A stretch of 64,000 nucleotides of DNA from Bacteroidota bacterium. Its GTDB lineage: Bacteria; Bacteroidota; Bacteroidia; AKYH767-A; 2013-40CM-41-45. A program made the translations under genes and the position numbers. A model generated the notes under the pieces. It had not been told where the DNA came from. It did not search any database and worked only from the letters and a program-made list of their open reading frames with translations. Positions 1 through 10,510 of the stretch are shown here, piece by piece (within the stretch, counting starts at the first letter, position 1; the number at the start of each line of letters is the position of its first letter). The stretch is taken from contig JAPLDA010000011.1 of the NCBI GenBank assembly GCA_026391945.1, forward strand, positions 8,188-72,187, in the 5' to 3' direction.

Positions 1-1683
1 AGGTAAGTTGAAAAAATTAATAGGCACAGTATGATAAGTACCGGGTAAAGTTGCCTGTGACATGTGCATATTGGCATCCTTTACATACCAAAAAGTGGTT
101 GGGAGGCCGGTAGAAAGCGGATCCTGCAGTTGCTGAAAAACAACAGGAATTGAAAATACAGTTCCAAGGCTGGCGCTGTCAATAACATAATAGGATCCAT
201 TTCCATAAGTACATAAACCGTCAGCATCTCCTCCGCGGGTCAGGTTAGCAGTATCGGTCCAGAGACCTGTTGTTACATTATATCCGACGGAATGTAAATC
301 AGGCCATTTATTATTGTGGCCATCTGAGCTGGTTCCATAAACCAAAGTATCTGAATCAAACCAACTGAAGAACAGTTTATCTCCGGCGGAATTCCTTGAT
401 GCAAACGGGCGACCATCCTGGTTGTTGATTGGATTAGTAGTCACAAGAGGGTCACCGAATGTTCCTCTTGATGTTACGGGTTTATTTAGTAAATGTGCAT
501 TCCATGTCAAACCATGGTCATTGGTATAAATGTCAAACATTCCCAGCATACCGTTACCGGTATAGATTGAAAATCCAGTAGAAACAGCAATGCCGGTTAG
601 AACATGTAAATTACCATTTGCATCTACAACAACATCCAGGTCGAAAGTGGCTCCATATTTTACTGCCGAGTCGTTGAGCAAGAACGTGTCCAACGCAGTT
701 TGTATATCGAGGTGTACTGGTCCTAACCAGGTAGCCCCGCCATCAGCCGTTCCATAAATATCAATGTACAAGGTGGAGTCCGGCAGAACAGTATAAGTAG
801 GGTCGTTGTTAGTGATAAGTGCGATGTAACCGGTTGTGCCGAAATCATCGAAAGCAATATCCATATCCACAGGTTGACCAATATCCGGATTGACCGGGAC
901 GTACAGATGATTCTCTGTAAAATCGTAATCAGAAATCGAAGAATTCCAGGTTCCATGAGTGATGATAATGGAATCGAGGTAGGTGGTGTTTCCATCATTC
1001 GAATACATGTGACCAACCTTCCAGATATCACCGGTGTACTTCACAGTAAACATGTTTTCGGGCCAGCAGATGTAGGAAAGACTATCGTAATGATAAGCAT
1101 GAGTTGCGCCGCCAAGATTGGATACACCATAATACCTGCCAAACCAGTTGGTGGTATTGATACTTGGGCCTTCAGTAACTACATAGCCATCGGTTGCTAT
1201 TGAGCCTAATCCCGGGTTGGCAAGAAGGCCGCTTGGGTAACGCCCGCGATGCAGGTTGGATGAATCTCCGTAAACAGGGCCCTGGTTGGTAGACCATGAA
1301 TTACCGCCATCGGTAGAAAAATCATACAAAATAAATGCAGTGTTATTCCCATAAGTAGCCGGGTTGTTCCGGTGAATAAATGCCAATGAGTTCAGATCCG
1401 GATCATACCACAAATTGCTGTGTGCAATACCAAAACAACCATGAGCACTGGCTGCATCTCCTAACTGGATGGTGGTGGATTGCGTGTGGTTTGTTCCATG
1501 CACCGCCCTTCTTTGATTCAACAAAGCTTTCGGCATGGCAGAAGCATGCGACTGAACAGGTTCCTTAAACAAAGACATTTTCGTTGGTGCAGTTAACCTT
1601 TGTGAAGGATTGATCGTCCTTCTTTGTGCGGTTGCAGAAACAGCAAGTGTTAAAGCAAGCGCAAGGAGTAAATTTTTTTTCAT
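1..1683 (-). CDS. Secreted protein with BNR/Asp-box repeats, probable T9SS cargo; 3' end runs off the window
   Basis: Not in the ORF track. Manual translation from ATG at 1683 gives MKKNLLLALALTLAVSATAQ (Sec signal, A-Q cleavage) and Asp-box motifs STDGGNSW, TADGGATW, TNDHGLTW. The C-terminus is not visible. Confidence 0.8.
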   Translation of the reverse strand, partial: MKKNLLLALALTLAVSATAQRRTINPSQRLTAPTKMSLFKEPVQSHASAMPKALLNQRRAVHGTNHTQSTTIQLGDAASAHGCFGIAHSNLWYDPDLNSLAFIHRNNPATYGNNTAFILYDFSTDGGNSWSTNQGPVYGDSSNLHRGRYPSGLLANPGLGSIATDGYVVTEGPSINTTNWFGRYYGVSNLGGATHAYHYDSLSYICWPENMFTVKYTGDIWKVGHMYSNDGNTTYLDSIIITHGTWNSSISDYDFTENHLYVPVNPDIGQPVDMDIAFDDFGTTGYIALITNNDPTYTVLPDSTLYIDIYGTADGGATWLGPVHLDIQTALDTFLLNDSAVKYGATFDLDVVVDANGNLHVLTGIAVSTGFSIYTGNGMLGMFDIYTNDHGLTWNAHLLNKPVTSRGTFGDPLVTTNPINNQDGRPFASRNSAGDKLFFSWFDSDTLVYGTSSDGHNNKWPDLHSVGYNVTTGLWTDTANLTRGGDADGLCTYGNGSYYVIDSASLGTVFSIPVVFQQLQDPLSTGLPTTFWYVKDANMHMSQATLPGTYHTVPINFFNLP

Positions 1684-1855
1684 GAGAGTTGGGTTTGACC
1701 GGTTAAAGGATATCAAAACTATCTGAATATAATTTAGCATCCTAACTATTTTTTCGTATTTATATACGTTTCTAACACGTATATATCAATCCAAAGACAT
1801 GAAGTCGTTGATTTTTTTCATCATCGGATGAGTAATACCGTATCGGCATAATACC

Positions 1856-1869
1856 TCCGCCAAGGCGGA
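1856..1869. repeat. Isolated GC-rich palindrome TCCGCC-AA-GGCGGA (REP-like)
   Basis: Perfect 6-bp stem in AT-rich intergenic DNA; only one copy noticed in the window. Confidence 0.35.
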
Positions 1870-2016
1870 TTGGATTATCTTATATTGAGCAATGGTATAA
1901 CCAGTTTTCTGTTACTCAGGAAAAATCGAATGGAGAATAAAACAAAAACGAAGGAGTAAAAATCCTTCGTAACAACATGGTTAAATAAAGTAGAATTGAT
2001 CAGGCGGTTGACGACT

Positions 2017-2390
2017 TTACTGAACAAGAAAAACAAAAGTCATCGTTCCTTTTTGGATATCGGCGCCATCAGGATTCTGGCTGAACTTTGCTTTCATCGC
2101 CGCTTCTTTTGCTTTGCCGAAAAGGTAAGCGCTGGTCGTGGTGGAACCTCTTGCACGGTAATACTAACCACCACTTTTCCGGTTTCCTGTGATTGATCAT
2201 TCACGGTAGATTTTCTCACCAACCTTCTTCCTGCAATATCGAAGCTGATTCCTCCATTACCCGAATCTTTGTGGGGACATGTTCCATCTCTTTCCCTTAG
2301 GGCGCGTTCCTGCTCTGTTTTTTTTCCATAGTTTTTTCCAAACGGATCACCATTTTTCTTCCCGGGTCGCCGGCTCCTGCATCAGGATCT
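2017..2390 (-). pseudogene. Degraded energy-transducer TonB family gene (Gly-rich linker plus C-terminal domain)
   Basis: Minus-strand fragments in different frames: NGDPFGKNYG; KDSGNGGISFDIAGRRLVRKSTVNDQSQETGKVVVSITV; then, after a frameshift, ARGSTTTSAYLFGKAKEAAMKAKFSQNPDGADIQKGTMTFVFLVQ* (TAA at 2017-2019). No N-terminal TM anchor seen. Confidence 0.75.
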
Positions 2391-2437
2391 TTTTGGGAAA
2401 TTCACATAGTAATTCCAATAACATTTGCATAACCGCT

Positions 2438-2445
2438 TATCTTTG
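2438..2445 (+). promoter_or_regulatory. Bacteroidota -7 promoter element for the helicase gene
   Basis: TATCTTTG matches TAnnTTTG and lies about 30 bp before the TTG at 2474. Confidence 0.55.
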
Positions 2446-2473
2446 CTTCCCATTTTTTAAAAACGCCAGAGGT

Positions 2474-4087
2474 TTGAATACACATGATTTCTTAGAATCG
2501 CCGGAGTATAAAAACGGAAAGCAGCTCTACGCTTACCAGCATGGTGCTATTGATGAAATCCTCAAACGGCTTGAAGGACATCCTGCACGCTATAATCTCC
2601 TGTACCAGTTGCCGACCGGCGGCGGCAAGACCGTTATCTTTTCTGAAATAGCACGACGATACATTCTCGAAACGGGTAAGAAAGTTTTAATCCTGACGCA
2701 TCGTGTTGAGTTGTGCGGACAAACTTCCCAGATGCTGAATGAATTCGGCGTAAAGAACAAAGTGATCAACAGCGCCGTCAAAGAGTTGCCTGTTCCCAAT
2801 GAATACATGTGTTTTGTGGCCATGGTGGAAACACTGAACAACCGTATCCGCGATAAAATTCTGAACCTCGATAACATCGGGCTGATGATTGTCGACGAAG
2901 CTCATTATAATTCATTCGGGAAACTGTTCAGGTTTTATGAAAAGGGTGTGCTCCTTGGTGTTACAGCAACACCGTTGAGTTCAAACATCAACATCAGGAT
3001 GAGGGATCACTATGATGAATTGATTGTCGGTGAGTCCATCGCTTCGCTGATTGAAACCGGTTTCCTGGCACGCGCAATCACCTATCATTACCAGGTCGGG
3101 CTTACGTCATTAAAAGTCGGGACGGCCGGCGATTATACAGTCAGTTCTTCAGAGCGGCTCTATAACAACCACGCCATGCTGGATAAATTGTTAGGTGCGT
3201 ATAAAGAAAAATGCACGGAAAAAAAAACGCTGATCTTTAACAATGGCATTGCTACTTCACTTTATGTATATGCTACCTTCCGGGAAGCAGGTTACGATAT
3301 CAGGCATCTCGATCATACTCATTCTGCTGCCGAGAGAAAAGAAATCCTTCAATGGTTCCGTGAGAAACCCGATGCCATTCTTTCTTCGGTAAGCATCCTC
3401 ACCACGGGTTTTGATGAGCCTTCGGTGGAGTGTATCATCTTGAACCGCGCAACGAAATCGCTCACGCTGTATTTTCAAATGATCGGTAGAGGTTCCCGCG
3501 TGCTGCCTGGCAAAAAAGAATTTTCGGTGATTGACCTCGGCAACAACCTGAATCGGTTCGGGCTTTGGGATGCACCGGTCGACTGGGCCGATATTTTCAA
3601 ATCACCGGAAAGTTATCTCGAAAGAATCCAGAGTGACGAAGAAATTGAAAGCAGCTTTAAATATGTGATGCCGGATGAATTGCGTGAACGGTTCCGTAAT
3701 TCTTCCTGTATTGATTTTGATGTCAGGGAAGAACACAAACTGGCCATGAGTAAAGGACAGCGTCCGAAGACGGTGATCGAACATTCCATTGAACAACACA
3801 TCAGGATATGCAAAGAAAACAGTTCAGGAATCGAGGAAGCGTTGATACTTGCTGACCTGTTGAAAGAAGAAATCGAATTCAGGATAAGGATGTACTCGCG
3901 CTGTTTGAGCAAAACTTCCGAGAGTTATTTAAAATGGCTGCAGGATGATTACAAACTCAGGCTGAAAGTGGCGCTCATCAGGAATCATCACCAGGTTCCA
4001 GGCCATGATGTGGTTCCTGCTGAAAATTCAGAAACGAAATTGCCGGCGGCAGAAGAAGACATGAATGAAGGGCAGGAAGATCGTTAG
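2474..4087 (+). CDS. DEAD/DEAH-box superfamily II helicase (ResIII/RadD-like)
   Basis: Walker A LPTGGGKT, DEAH, TATP, TTGFD, QMIGRGSR. Start moved from 2279 to TTG 2474 because the upstream part overlaps the TonB remnant and the promoter. Confidence 0.9.
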   Translation: MNTHDFLESPEYKNGKQLYAYQHGAIDEILKRLEGHPARYNLLYQLPTGGGKTVIFSEIARRYILETGKKVLILTHRVELCGQTSQMLNEFGVKNKVINSAVKELPVPNEYMCFVAMVETLNNRIRDKILNLDNIGLMIVDEAHYNSFGKLFRFYEKGVLLGVTATPLSSNINIRMRDHYDELIVGESIASLIETGFLARAITYHYQVGLTSLKVGTAGDYTVSSSERLYNNHAMLDKLLGAYKEKCTEKKTLIFNNGIATSLYVYATFREAGYDIRHLDHTHSAAERKEILQWFREKPDAILSSVSILTTGFDEPSVECIILNRATKSLTLYFQMIGRGSRVLPGKKEFSVIDLGNNLNRFGLWDAPVDWADIFKSPESYLERIQSDEEIESSFKYVMPDELRERFRNSSCIDFDVREEHKLAMSKGQRPKTVIEHSIEQHIRICKENSSGIEEALILADLLKEEIEFRIRMYSRCLSKTSESYLKWLQDDYKLRLKVALIRNHHQVPGHDVVPAENSETKLPAAEEDMNEGQEDR

Positions 4088-4596
4088 CTTACTTTTTTCA
4101 TCTGGCAGTAAAAAAAATCATCGTCTTTTCCGTCACCATCAAAGTCGAGCTTTGATCTGAGTTCAGCAGATCCGGCAGTCAGGTCAACCCGGTAATTCAT
4201 CTGCTGGTCATTGGGAAAAAGCTGGTGAATCTTTAACTGGTTTTTCGCGGCCGACCATTTTCCGGCGGTGACTTTGATCACTTTGCCTTCAGCGTTTGTA
4301 TAAGCAGAAATATAGGTTTTATTCGGATTGAAGATCGTCTGGATCGGTTGCATTTTCATTCTCTCAACCCATTCATCGCTTCTTACTTCGAGGATCACCG
4401 ACATATCACTGTTGTGAATGGTGTCGATGCCGACGACCAGGGCATCGGTTCTCCACATGCCTACCAGGGAACTTTGTAAATCGTTATCGGCCTGGATGGC
4501 ATCCTGGCTGGCAGGAGGAACGGGTGCTTTGCTGCAACTCAAAAGGAAGAGCAACATGATCGTCAAAGGGAAGATGTATTTTCTGAGAGGTGTCAT
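4084..4596 (-). CDS. Lipoprotein, lipocalin-like, with a C-terminal DxDGDG motif
   Basis: Lipobox LLSC; LVGMW motif; DFDGDGKDDD near the C-terminus. Confidence 0.7.
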   Translation of the reverse strand: MTPLRKYIFPLTIMLLFLLSCSKAPVPPASQDAIQADNDLQSSLVGMWRTDALVVGIDTIHNSDMSVILEVRSDEWVERMKMQPIQTIFNPNKTYISAYTNAEGKVIKVTAGKWSAAKNQLKIHQLFPNDQQMNYRVDLTAGSAELRSKLDFDGDGKDDDFFYCQMKKVS

Positions 4597-4667
4597 TGTA
4601 GATCAAACATACCTAACGGAACAACACAAAAAAAATTTTATCGGTTAAATGCAGGAAGATATGAGTA

Positions 4668-5099
4668 TCAGTTGTTACGCGCTCCTTCCAGCATCCAGGT
4701 AACAATGGTGTCGATCCGGCCGGGCTTAAAAGCCGGTGCGTTCAGCGGCATCAACGGATAACCGTTTCCTTTGAGATGCCTGATGAGGTTGCTGTTGTTG
4801 GGATTGATCGTGTCGACATACGGAGCATGAATGCCATGAGGATTCGCATGCCATAAATTATTCCAGGAAACTTCGGCGCGCAAATCGAGGTATGGATGAT
4901 ACAGATTGTGGCAAATGATGCAGTTCTCATCGAAGAGCGGTTGTATGTCCTGCTGGTAATGGATTTTGAATGGATCATCCGGAGCCGGTTGAGAAGCCGG
5001 CTTCACAATCATGGGGCCTTTGTCTTTTTCACACGAAGAGATAATCAGCATAAAAAACAAAGCCACCATACCCGGGCGAATCAAAAGGTTCTTCAACAT
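4668..5099 (-). CDS. Monoheme cytochrome c lipoprotein (planctomycete cytochrome c-like)
   Basis: Lipobox ISSC; DIQPLFDENCIICH; distal MP; C-terminal WMLEGARNN. Confidence 0.8.
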   Translation of the reverse strand: MLKNLLIRPGMVALFFMLIISSCEKDKGPMIVKPASQPAPDDPFKIHYQQDIQPLFDENCIICHNLYHPYLDLRAEVSWNNLWHANPHGIHAPYVDTINPNNSNLIRHLKGNGYPLMPLNAPAFKPGRIDTIVTWMLEGARNN

Positions 5100-5102
5100 T
5101 TC

Positions 5103-6023
5103 TTATGATTTTGTTTTCGGTTTTTTCCAGTAGGTCCGTTTGATGTTGAAGCCGAGCAGGAATTTCTTCTTCGTGTAATCGGAAACCACGTTTGTATACA
5201 GTTGTTGTTCGAGGATTTCCTGCGATGAGCTTACGACGATCTGGAACACATGGCTCACCGTACCGAATTCCATGGCGATGGAGAGTGGATACAGTTTGTC
5301 TTCAGGTTGGTTGTTAAAACGGTATGCATATTCAAAGAGGAAAGAAGAATTCATCCCTGTTTTGATCGCTCCTCCGACCGGAAGAACAATCGTATGATTT
5401 TTAGTTCCGGCACTTGCCAGGTTTTTATAAATCAATGCCGGTGAAACCTCGAATGAAAACCAGTCGCAGAATTTCCTCGAGATGATGACCTGCGAATTGT
5501 AGCTGAGCCGGTGATTGAATTTGTAACGGAACGGAGTTACACCGTTATCAAAATAAGCATTCCTTGGTACAGGAAGGAAATCATCCGTATTCACGGCGGC
5601 GTCCAGGTACACGGAAACGGATACCGGGACGTTTGGATCAGTTGACTGGGTGAGTAATAACTGTTTCAGTTCTGCATCATACATTTTTCCGTTCTTCGTT
5701 CTTCCGGCTCCCACCTGAAGGTTTTTCATCACCGAAAAATCAAACCCAAAACGGATGTTTGCAAAAAGATCCAGTCCGAGAAAATTCTTGATCGCATCTT
5801 TATTCAATTCCATTTCACCAAAACGATGACGAATGCTGAATTCAAAACTGTGGGCGGGCTGGACAACTGTTGTCTGTGCGTTGATCAGCGTGGAACTCCG
5901 GAATGCATTGGTGATGTTTTCATTATCATCCAGGCCTAAATCCTGTGCAGTTGATTTTTGAATACCCGGAAAAACAAGCAGGTAAACAGTGCACATGATC
6001 AGGTACCGGAAAAATGATTTCAT
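5103..6023 (-). CDS. DUF5777-family outer-membrane beta-barrel protein
   Basis: Signal peptide from ATG 6023; motifs F.S..LINAQT, IRHRFG, FLGLD..ANIRFG, GT..HVFQIVVSSS, LGFNIKR. Confidence 0.8.
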   Translation of the reverse strand: MKSFFRYLIMCTVYLLVFPGIQKSTAQDLGLDDNENITNAFRSSTLINAQTTVVQPAHSFEFSIRHRFGEMELNKDAIKNFLGLDLFANIRFGFDFSVMKNLQVGAGRTKNGKMYDAELKQLLLTQSTDPNVPVSVSVYLDAAVNTDDFLPVPRNAYFDNGVTPFRYKFNHRLSYNSQVIISRKFCDWFSFEVSPALIYKNLASAGTKNHTIVLPVGGAIKTGMNSSFLFEYAYRFNNQPEDKLYPLSIAMEFGTVSHVFQIVVSSSQEILEQQLYTNVVSDYTKKKFLLGFNIKRTYWKKPKTKS

Positions 6024-6036
6024 GGTTACTTCTGAA

Positions 6037-6477
6037 TTAATAGGTGGAATTTTTCGGTAAGTTTTTTTTTCCAAGCTCACGGATGTAATTCACCAGCATC
6101 CATCGCTGCCTGGATGAAAGCGCTTTTGCATACGGTTGCATATTTCCTTTCCCGATGCTGATTTTCCAGAAGATGGAACCATCACTTTGCTTTTGAATCT
6201 GCACGCTCGTATGGTCCGCTGGTTTGGGATTCAATGTCGCTGCTGCAGGTCCGTCTCCTTTGCCGCTTAATCCATGGCAGGGCCAGCAGGCATTTTCGTA
6301 TATTTTTTTTGCCTCCTTTAACGTGAGTTCAGTTGCCGGCACACGATTCCTGAGCGTATCGGCATACGATGGAGCAATCCATATTTCATTCTGATGAACA
6401 GGTTGTGCGCTTATGATCGTCCACCCTGCCTCGGATAGCAGAAGACAAAAAAAATATCTGAAGAATGATTTTGTCAT
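6037..6477 (-). CDS. Exported monoheme c-type cytochrome
   Basis: Signal peptide; CWPCHGLSGKGDG; DGSIFWKI..G..NM; QRWMLVNYIR. Confidence 0.9.
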   Translation of the reverse strand: MTKSFFRYFFCLLLSEAGWTIISAQPVHQNEIWIAPSYADTLRNRVPATELTLKEAKKIYENACWPCHGLSGKGDGPAAATLNPKPADHTSVQIQKQSDGSIFWKISIGKGNMQPYAKALSSRQRWMLVNYIRELGKKNLPKNSTY

Positions 6478-6503
6478 CTTCCTCGTTGATGAAGGAACAA
6501 AGA

Positions 6504-6573
6504 TGTCATCAATAATAATATGACACCATTAAATATGTCAGTTAACCATACCTTATTGAATGACTGAAATCAT
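6504..6573. promoter_or_regulatory. Cluster of palindromic operator candidates between the cytochrome operon and sdhCAB
   Basis: TGTCAT-N10-ATGACA (6504-6525), TGACA-N10-TGTCA (6521-6540), ATGACTGAAATCAT (6560-6573, Crp/Fnr-like geometry). Confidence 0.45.
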
Positions 6574-6773
6574 ACGCATGGTTGCGATTTCGTAGGAAGC
6601 AATGTAACGGATGCCTATGGAAGCCCTTTGATACCGTGCAATACGTGGTGTCCGGTTCCTTGATCACTCACCTGTGGGAACTCACTTTTTTTTGTTGAAA
6701 AAAATTGTGTGTGATGATCCGTGCTTTTTCAAAACTGAACATTACCTTCGCCTGCGTATTTAACCAGGAAAAA

Positions 6774-7457
6774 ATGATTACATCTCTGAAAATGTTTTAC
6801 ACTTCGGTTGGCCGTAAACTGATCATGGCGCTTACCGGTTTATTTTTATGTGTGTTTCTCCTTGAACATCTCTATGGGAATTTACAATTGTATAAAATAG
6901 ACGGTGGGAAAGCGTTTAATGAATACACCGAATTCATGACAGGCAATATGTTCATCCGTGCCGTTGAGTTTATTCTTTTCGCGGGCATCCTCGTTCATGC
7001 CCTGGATGGTCTCATGCTGACCCTTGCAAACAGGAAAGCGCGCCCGGTACGTTATGCCGTAAGCCGCCAGTCGCAAAACAGCACCTGGTTTTCACGCAAC
7101 ATGGGACTCACCGGGAGCATTCTCTTTGTTTTCTTCGTGATCCACCTGCGCGAATTTTTCTTTGCTCACCGTTTCGGCGGAGCAACAGAATCGATGGCAG
7201 CCAGTGTGGCGAATGCATTTACCACTGCCTGGTATGCTTCGCTTTACATTGTTGCCATGATCATACTCGGCTTTCACCTGAACCATGGTTTCCAGAGTGC
7301 TTTCCAGACACTGGGGTTGAGCAATCACAAATACATTAAAACATGGAAGTGTGCCGGGACAGTTTTCGCGCTGATCATGATGATTGGTTTCGCCTCAGTT
7401 CCGGTGATGTTATATTTCGACTTTATGGGAATGTCTTCTAACATACTTGGAAAATAA
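6774..7457 (+). CDS. sdhC: Succinate dehydrogenase/fumarate reductase cytochrome b subunit
   Basis: SVGRKLIMALTGLFL..FL..HL.GNL and HL.HGFQSAFQTLG; five TM helices; first gene of the sdh operon. ATG 6774 preferred. Confidence 0.95.
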   Translation: MITSLKMFYTSVGRKLIMALTGLFLCVFLLEHLYGNLQLYKIDGGKAFNEYTEFMTGNMFIRAVEFILFAGILVHALDGLMLTLANRKARPVRYAVSRQSQNSTWFSRNMGLTGSILFVFFVIHLREFFFAHRFGGATESMAASVANAFTTAWYASLYIVAMIILGFHLNHGFQSAFQTLGLSNHKYIKTWKCAGTVFALIMMIGFASVPVMLYFDFMGMSSNILGK

Positions 7458-7520
7458 ATTTCATGGATGGAGTGTACGTCGCAATTTCTGCGGCAGCACC
7501 CTTACAAGAATAAAAAAAAT

Positions 7521-9440
7521 ATGAGCAAACTAAATTCACGAATTCCGGATGGTCCTCTTGAAGCCAAGTGGACGAAATACAAATCAACAGTCAGGCTGGT
7601 AAACCCCGCCAACAAAAGAAGAATCGAAGTGATCGTTGTCGGCTCCGGATTGGCAGGCGCTTCCGCGGCAGCATCACTGGCTGAACTTGGATATTCCGTC
7701 AAATGTTTTTGTTTCCAGGATTCACCGCGACGAGCCCATTCCATCGCTGCACAGGGAGGAATCAATGCCGCAAAAAATTATTCGAACGATGGCGACAGCG
7801 TGTTTCGCCTCTTTTATGATACAGTCAAAGGCGGTGATTACCGCGCACGTGAAGCCAATGTGTACCGCCTTGCTGAAGTGAGCAACGCCATCATCGACCA
7901 GTGCGTGGCGCAGGGAGTTCCGTTCGCCCGCGAGTACGGTGGCTTGCTGGATAACCGGTCATTCGGCGGTGTGCAGGTGTCCAGAACGTTTTATGCGCGC
8001 GGTCAAACAGGCCAGCAGTTGCTGCTCGGTGCGTATTCATCTTTGTCACGTCAGATTGCAAAAGGAAATTGCCAGATGTACAACCGCCATGAAATGCTGG
8101 AACTGGTAACCATCGATGGCAAAGCGCGTGGAATCATCTCACGCGACCTGGTGAGCGGTGAAATACAACGACATTCGGCGCATGCTGTGATTCTCGCAAC
8201 CGGCGGTTACGGCAACGTGTTTTTTCTTTCCACAAATGCCATGGGAAGCAATGCCACAGCAATTTGGAAAGCCTATAAGAAAGGAGCTTTTTTTGGTAAC
8301 CCATGCTTCACGCAAATTCATCCGACCTGCATTCCGGTTTCCGGAGACTATCAATCGAAACTCACGTTGATGAGTGAGAGCCTGAGAAACGACGGTCGTG
8401 TGTGGGTTCCGAAAGCAGTAGGTGATAAACGCAAACCCGAAGATATTCCTGAAGAGGAAAGAGATTATTACCTCGAACGCAGGTATCCTTCTTTCGGCAA
8501 CCTGGTTCCCCGGGATGTCGCATCCAGGGCGGCTAAACAGGTTTGTGATGAAGGAAAAGGTGTCGGCCCGTCAGGGCTTGCAGTTTTTCTTGAGTTCAAA
8601 GATTCCATCAAACGCCTGGGATTGGATGTGATCAAAGAACGATACGGAAATCTTTTTGAGATGTATGAAAAAATCACCGGTGAAGATCCGTATCACACGC
8701 CAATGCGCATTTACCCGGCCGTGCATTATACGATGGGTGGCTTGTGGGTTGATTACAACCTGATGACCACTGTTCCCGGTTTGTATGCTCTCGGTGAATG
8801 TAACTTCAGTGACCACGGTGCCAACAGGCTTGGTGCTTCCGCACTGATGCAGGGACTTGCCGATGGTTACTTCGTGATTCCTTATACCATTGGCGACTTC
8901 CTCGCTGATGAAATCCGGAATCCTGTTCCGCCAACGACGCATGCAGAATTTGATAAGGCGGAAAAGGAAGTGAAGGATAAAATCGACAGGCTCATGAACA
9001 TCAAAGGAAAACAAACCGTTGATGACCTGCATAAAAAACTCGGCAAAGTGATGTGGGAATATTGCGGCATGGGCAGAAACGAACCGGGATTGCTGAAAGC
9101 ACGTACACTGATAAAAGAAATTAAAGAGGAGTTCTGGAAAGACATCCGCATCCCGGGAAGTAAAGATGAATTCAATACCGAGCTGGAAAAAGCAGGTCGT
9201 GTGGCTGACTTCATCGAACTCGGTGCCTTGATGGTGGAAGATGCTTTGCTTCGGAAAGAATCCTGCGGCGGACATTTCCGTGAAGAATCACAAACGGAAG
9301 AAGGCGAGGCCAAGCGCGACGATGTCAATTTCAGTTTCGTGGCGGCCTGGGAATATGCGGGCGACAACAGTGCTCCTGTTCTGAATAAGGAAGAACTGAA
9401 ATTCGATGTCGTTCACCCGACACAAAGAAGTTATAAATAA
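7521..9440 (+). CDS. sdhA: Succinate dehydrogenase/fumarate reductase flavoprotein subunit
   Basis: GSGLAG FAD motif, [30 protein letters not shown] 7521 preferred. Confidence 0.97.
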   Translation: MSKLNSRIPDGPLEAKWTKYKSTVRLVNPANKRRIEVIVVGSGLAGASAAASLAELGYSVKCFCFQDSPRRAHSIAAQGGINAAKNYSNDGDSVFRLFYDTVKGGDYRAREANVYRLAEVSNAIIDQCVAQGVPFAREYGGLLDNRSFGGVQVSRTFYARGQTGQQLLLGAYSSLSRQIAKGNCQMYNRHEMLELVTIDGKARGIISRDLVSGEIQRHSAHAVILATGGYGNVFFLSTNAMGSNATAIWKAYKKGAFFGNPCFTQIHPTCIPVSGDYQSKLTLMSESLRNDGRVWVPKAVGDKRKPEDIPEEERDYYLERRYPSFGNLVPRDVASRAAKQVCDEGKGVGPSGLAVFLEFKDSIKRLGLDVIKERYGNLFEMYEKITGEDPYHTPMRIYPAVHYTMGGLWVDYNLMTTVPGLYALGECNFSDHGANRLGASALMQGLADGYFVIPYTIGDFLADEIRNPVPPTTHAEFDKAEKEVKDKIDRLMNIKGKQTVDDLHKKLGKVMWEYCGMGRNEPGLLKARTLIKEIKEEFWKDIRIPGSKDEFNTELEKAGRVADFIELGALMVEDALLRKESCGGHFREESQTEEGEAKRDDVNFSFVAAWEYAGDNSAPVLNKEELKFDVVHPTQRSYK

Positions 9441-9520
9441 TGAATGTGAAGATGGGTTCATTGGCAATACGCTGATGAAATCTATGTCGATCGTCAAACT
9501 ATAATCATCAAATTAAAATC

Positions 9521-10282
9521 ATGAGCGAAACAATCAATGTGAAATTAAAAATCTGGCGGCAAAAAAATACCAGCGACAAAGGACGTTTTGAACTATATGA
9601 CATGCCCGGTGTAAGCACACACATGTCGTTTTTGGAAATGATGGATGTGCTGAACGACCGCCTCGTAAGGGAAGGAAAAGATCCGGTTGCCTTTGATCAT
9701 GATTGCCGCGAAGGAATTTGCGGGATGTGCAGCATGTACATCAACGGCCGCGCTCACGGCCTGCTGAAAGGCACCACCACCTGCCAGCTTCACATGCGTC
9801 ATTTTGAAAATGGGGAAACGATTACCATTGAACCATGGAGGGCCGAAGCTTTCCCGGTGATTAAAGACCTCGCCGTCGACCGTACCGCTTTTGAAAAAAT
9901 CATGCAGGCCGGTGGTTATGTTTCCATGAATACGGGAAACGCCGTCGACGGAAATGCTTTGCCGATTGAAAAAGTAAAAGCCGATGAAGCCATGGATGCC
10001 GCTTCCTGCATCGGTTGCGGAGCATGTGTGGCTTCCTGCAAAAATGCTTCCGCCATGTTGTTCATGTCGGCGAAAGTTTCCCAGCTCGCCTTGCTGCCGC
10101 AGGGAGAACCTGAACGGTATGTGCGTGTGTTGAAAATGATGGAGGCTCATGACGAAGCAGGATTCGGAAGCTGCACCAACACCGGTGCCTGTGAATCGGA
10201 ATGTCCGAAAGAAATTTCAATCGCCCACATTGCACGTTTCAACCGCGATTACCTGACGGCAAGTGTGGTGAGTGAAAAATAA
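9521..10282 (+). CDS. sdhB: Succinate dehydrogenase/fumarate reductase iron-sulfur subunit
   Basis: [32 protein letters not shown]. Confidence 0.97.
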   Translation: MSETINVKLKIWRQKNTSDKGRFELYDMPGVSTHMSFLEMMDVLNDRLVREGKDPVAFDHDCREGICGMCSMYINGRAHGLLKGTTTCQLHMRHFENGETITIEPWRAEAFPVIKDLAVDRTAFEKIMQAGGYVSMNTGNAVDGNALPIEKVKADEAMDAASCIGCGACVASCKNASAMLFMSAKVSQLALLPQGEPERYVRVLKMMEAHDEAGFGSCTNTGACESECPKEISIAHIARFNRDYLTASVVSEK

Positions 10283-10469
10283 CAGCACTTCATCGGGAAT
10301 TTTATCGTTTGATTTTTCAGGTAACAGGAATTCTGTTTCCACATGATCTGTTTCCATTGCTTCCTGTGTTGTATCTCCATCAGAAGTTTTTTGGGGAACT
10401 CAAAGAAAAAATCCCAAACAGTGCCCCTGCCACTTCCTTACTCTTTTTGTGTATCAATTCAGAATCATG

Positions 10470-10477
10470 TAAGTTTG
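10470..10477 (+). promoter_or_regulatory. -7 promoter element for rnc
   Basis: TAAGTTTG matches TAnnTTTG, 33 bp before the start codon. Confidence 0.5.
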
Positions 10478-10510
10478 TGACTGTCGAAGAAAAACCAGGC
10501 AACACTACTT

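Noticed and set aside
723-1568. Three short ORFs in the track
   Set aside because: They are off-frame or antisense to the real 1-1683 minus-strand gene.
2279-2473. N-terminal 65 codons of the helicase ORF as given in the track
   Set aside because: They overlap the antisense TonB remnant and contain the TATCTTTG promoter element; the helicase-like sequence starts near TTG 2474.
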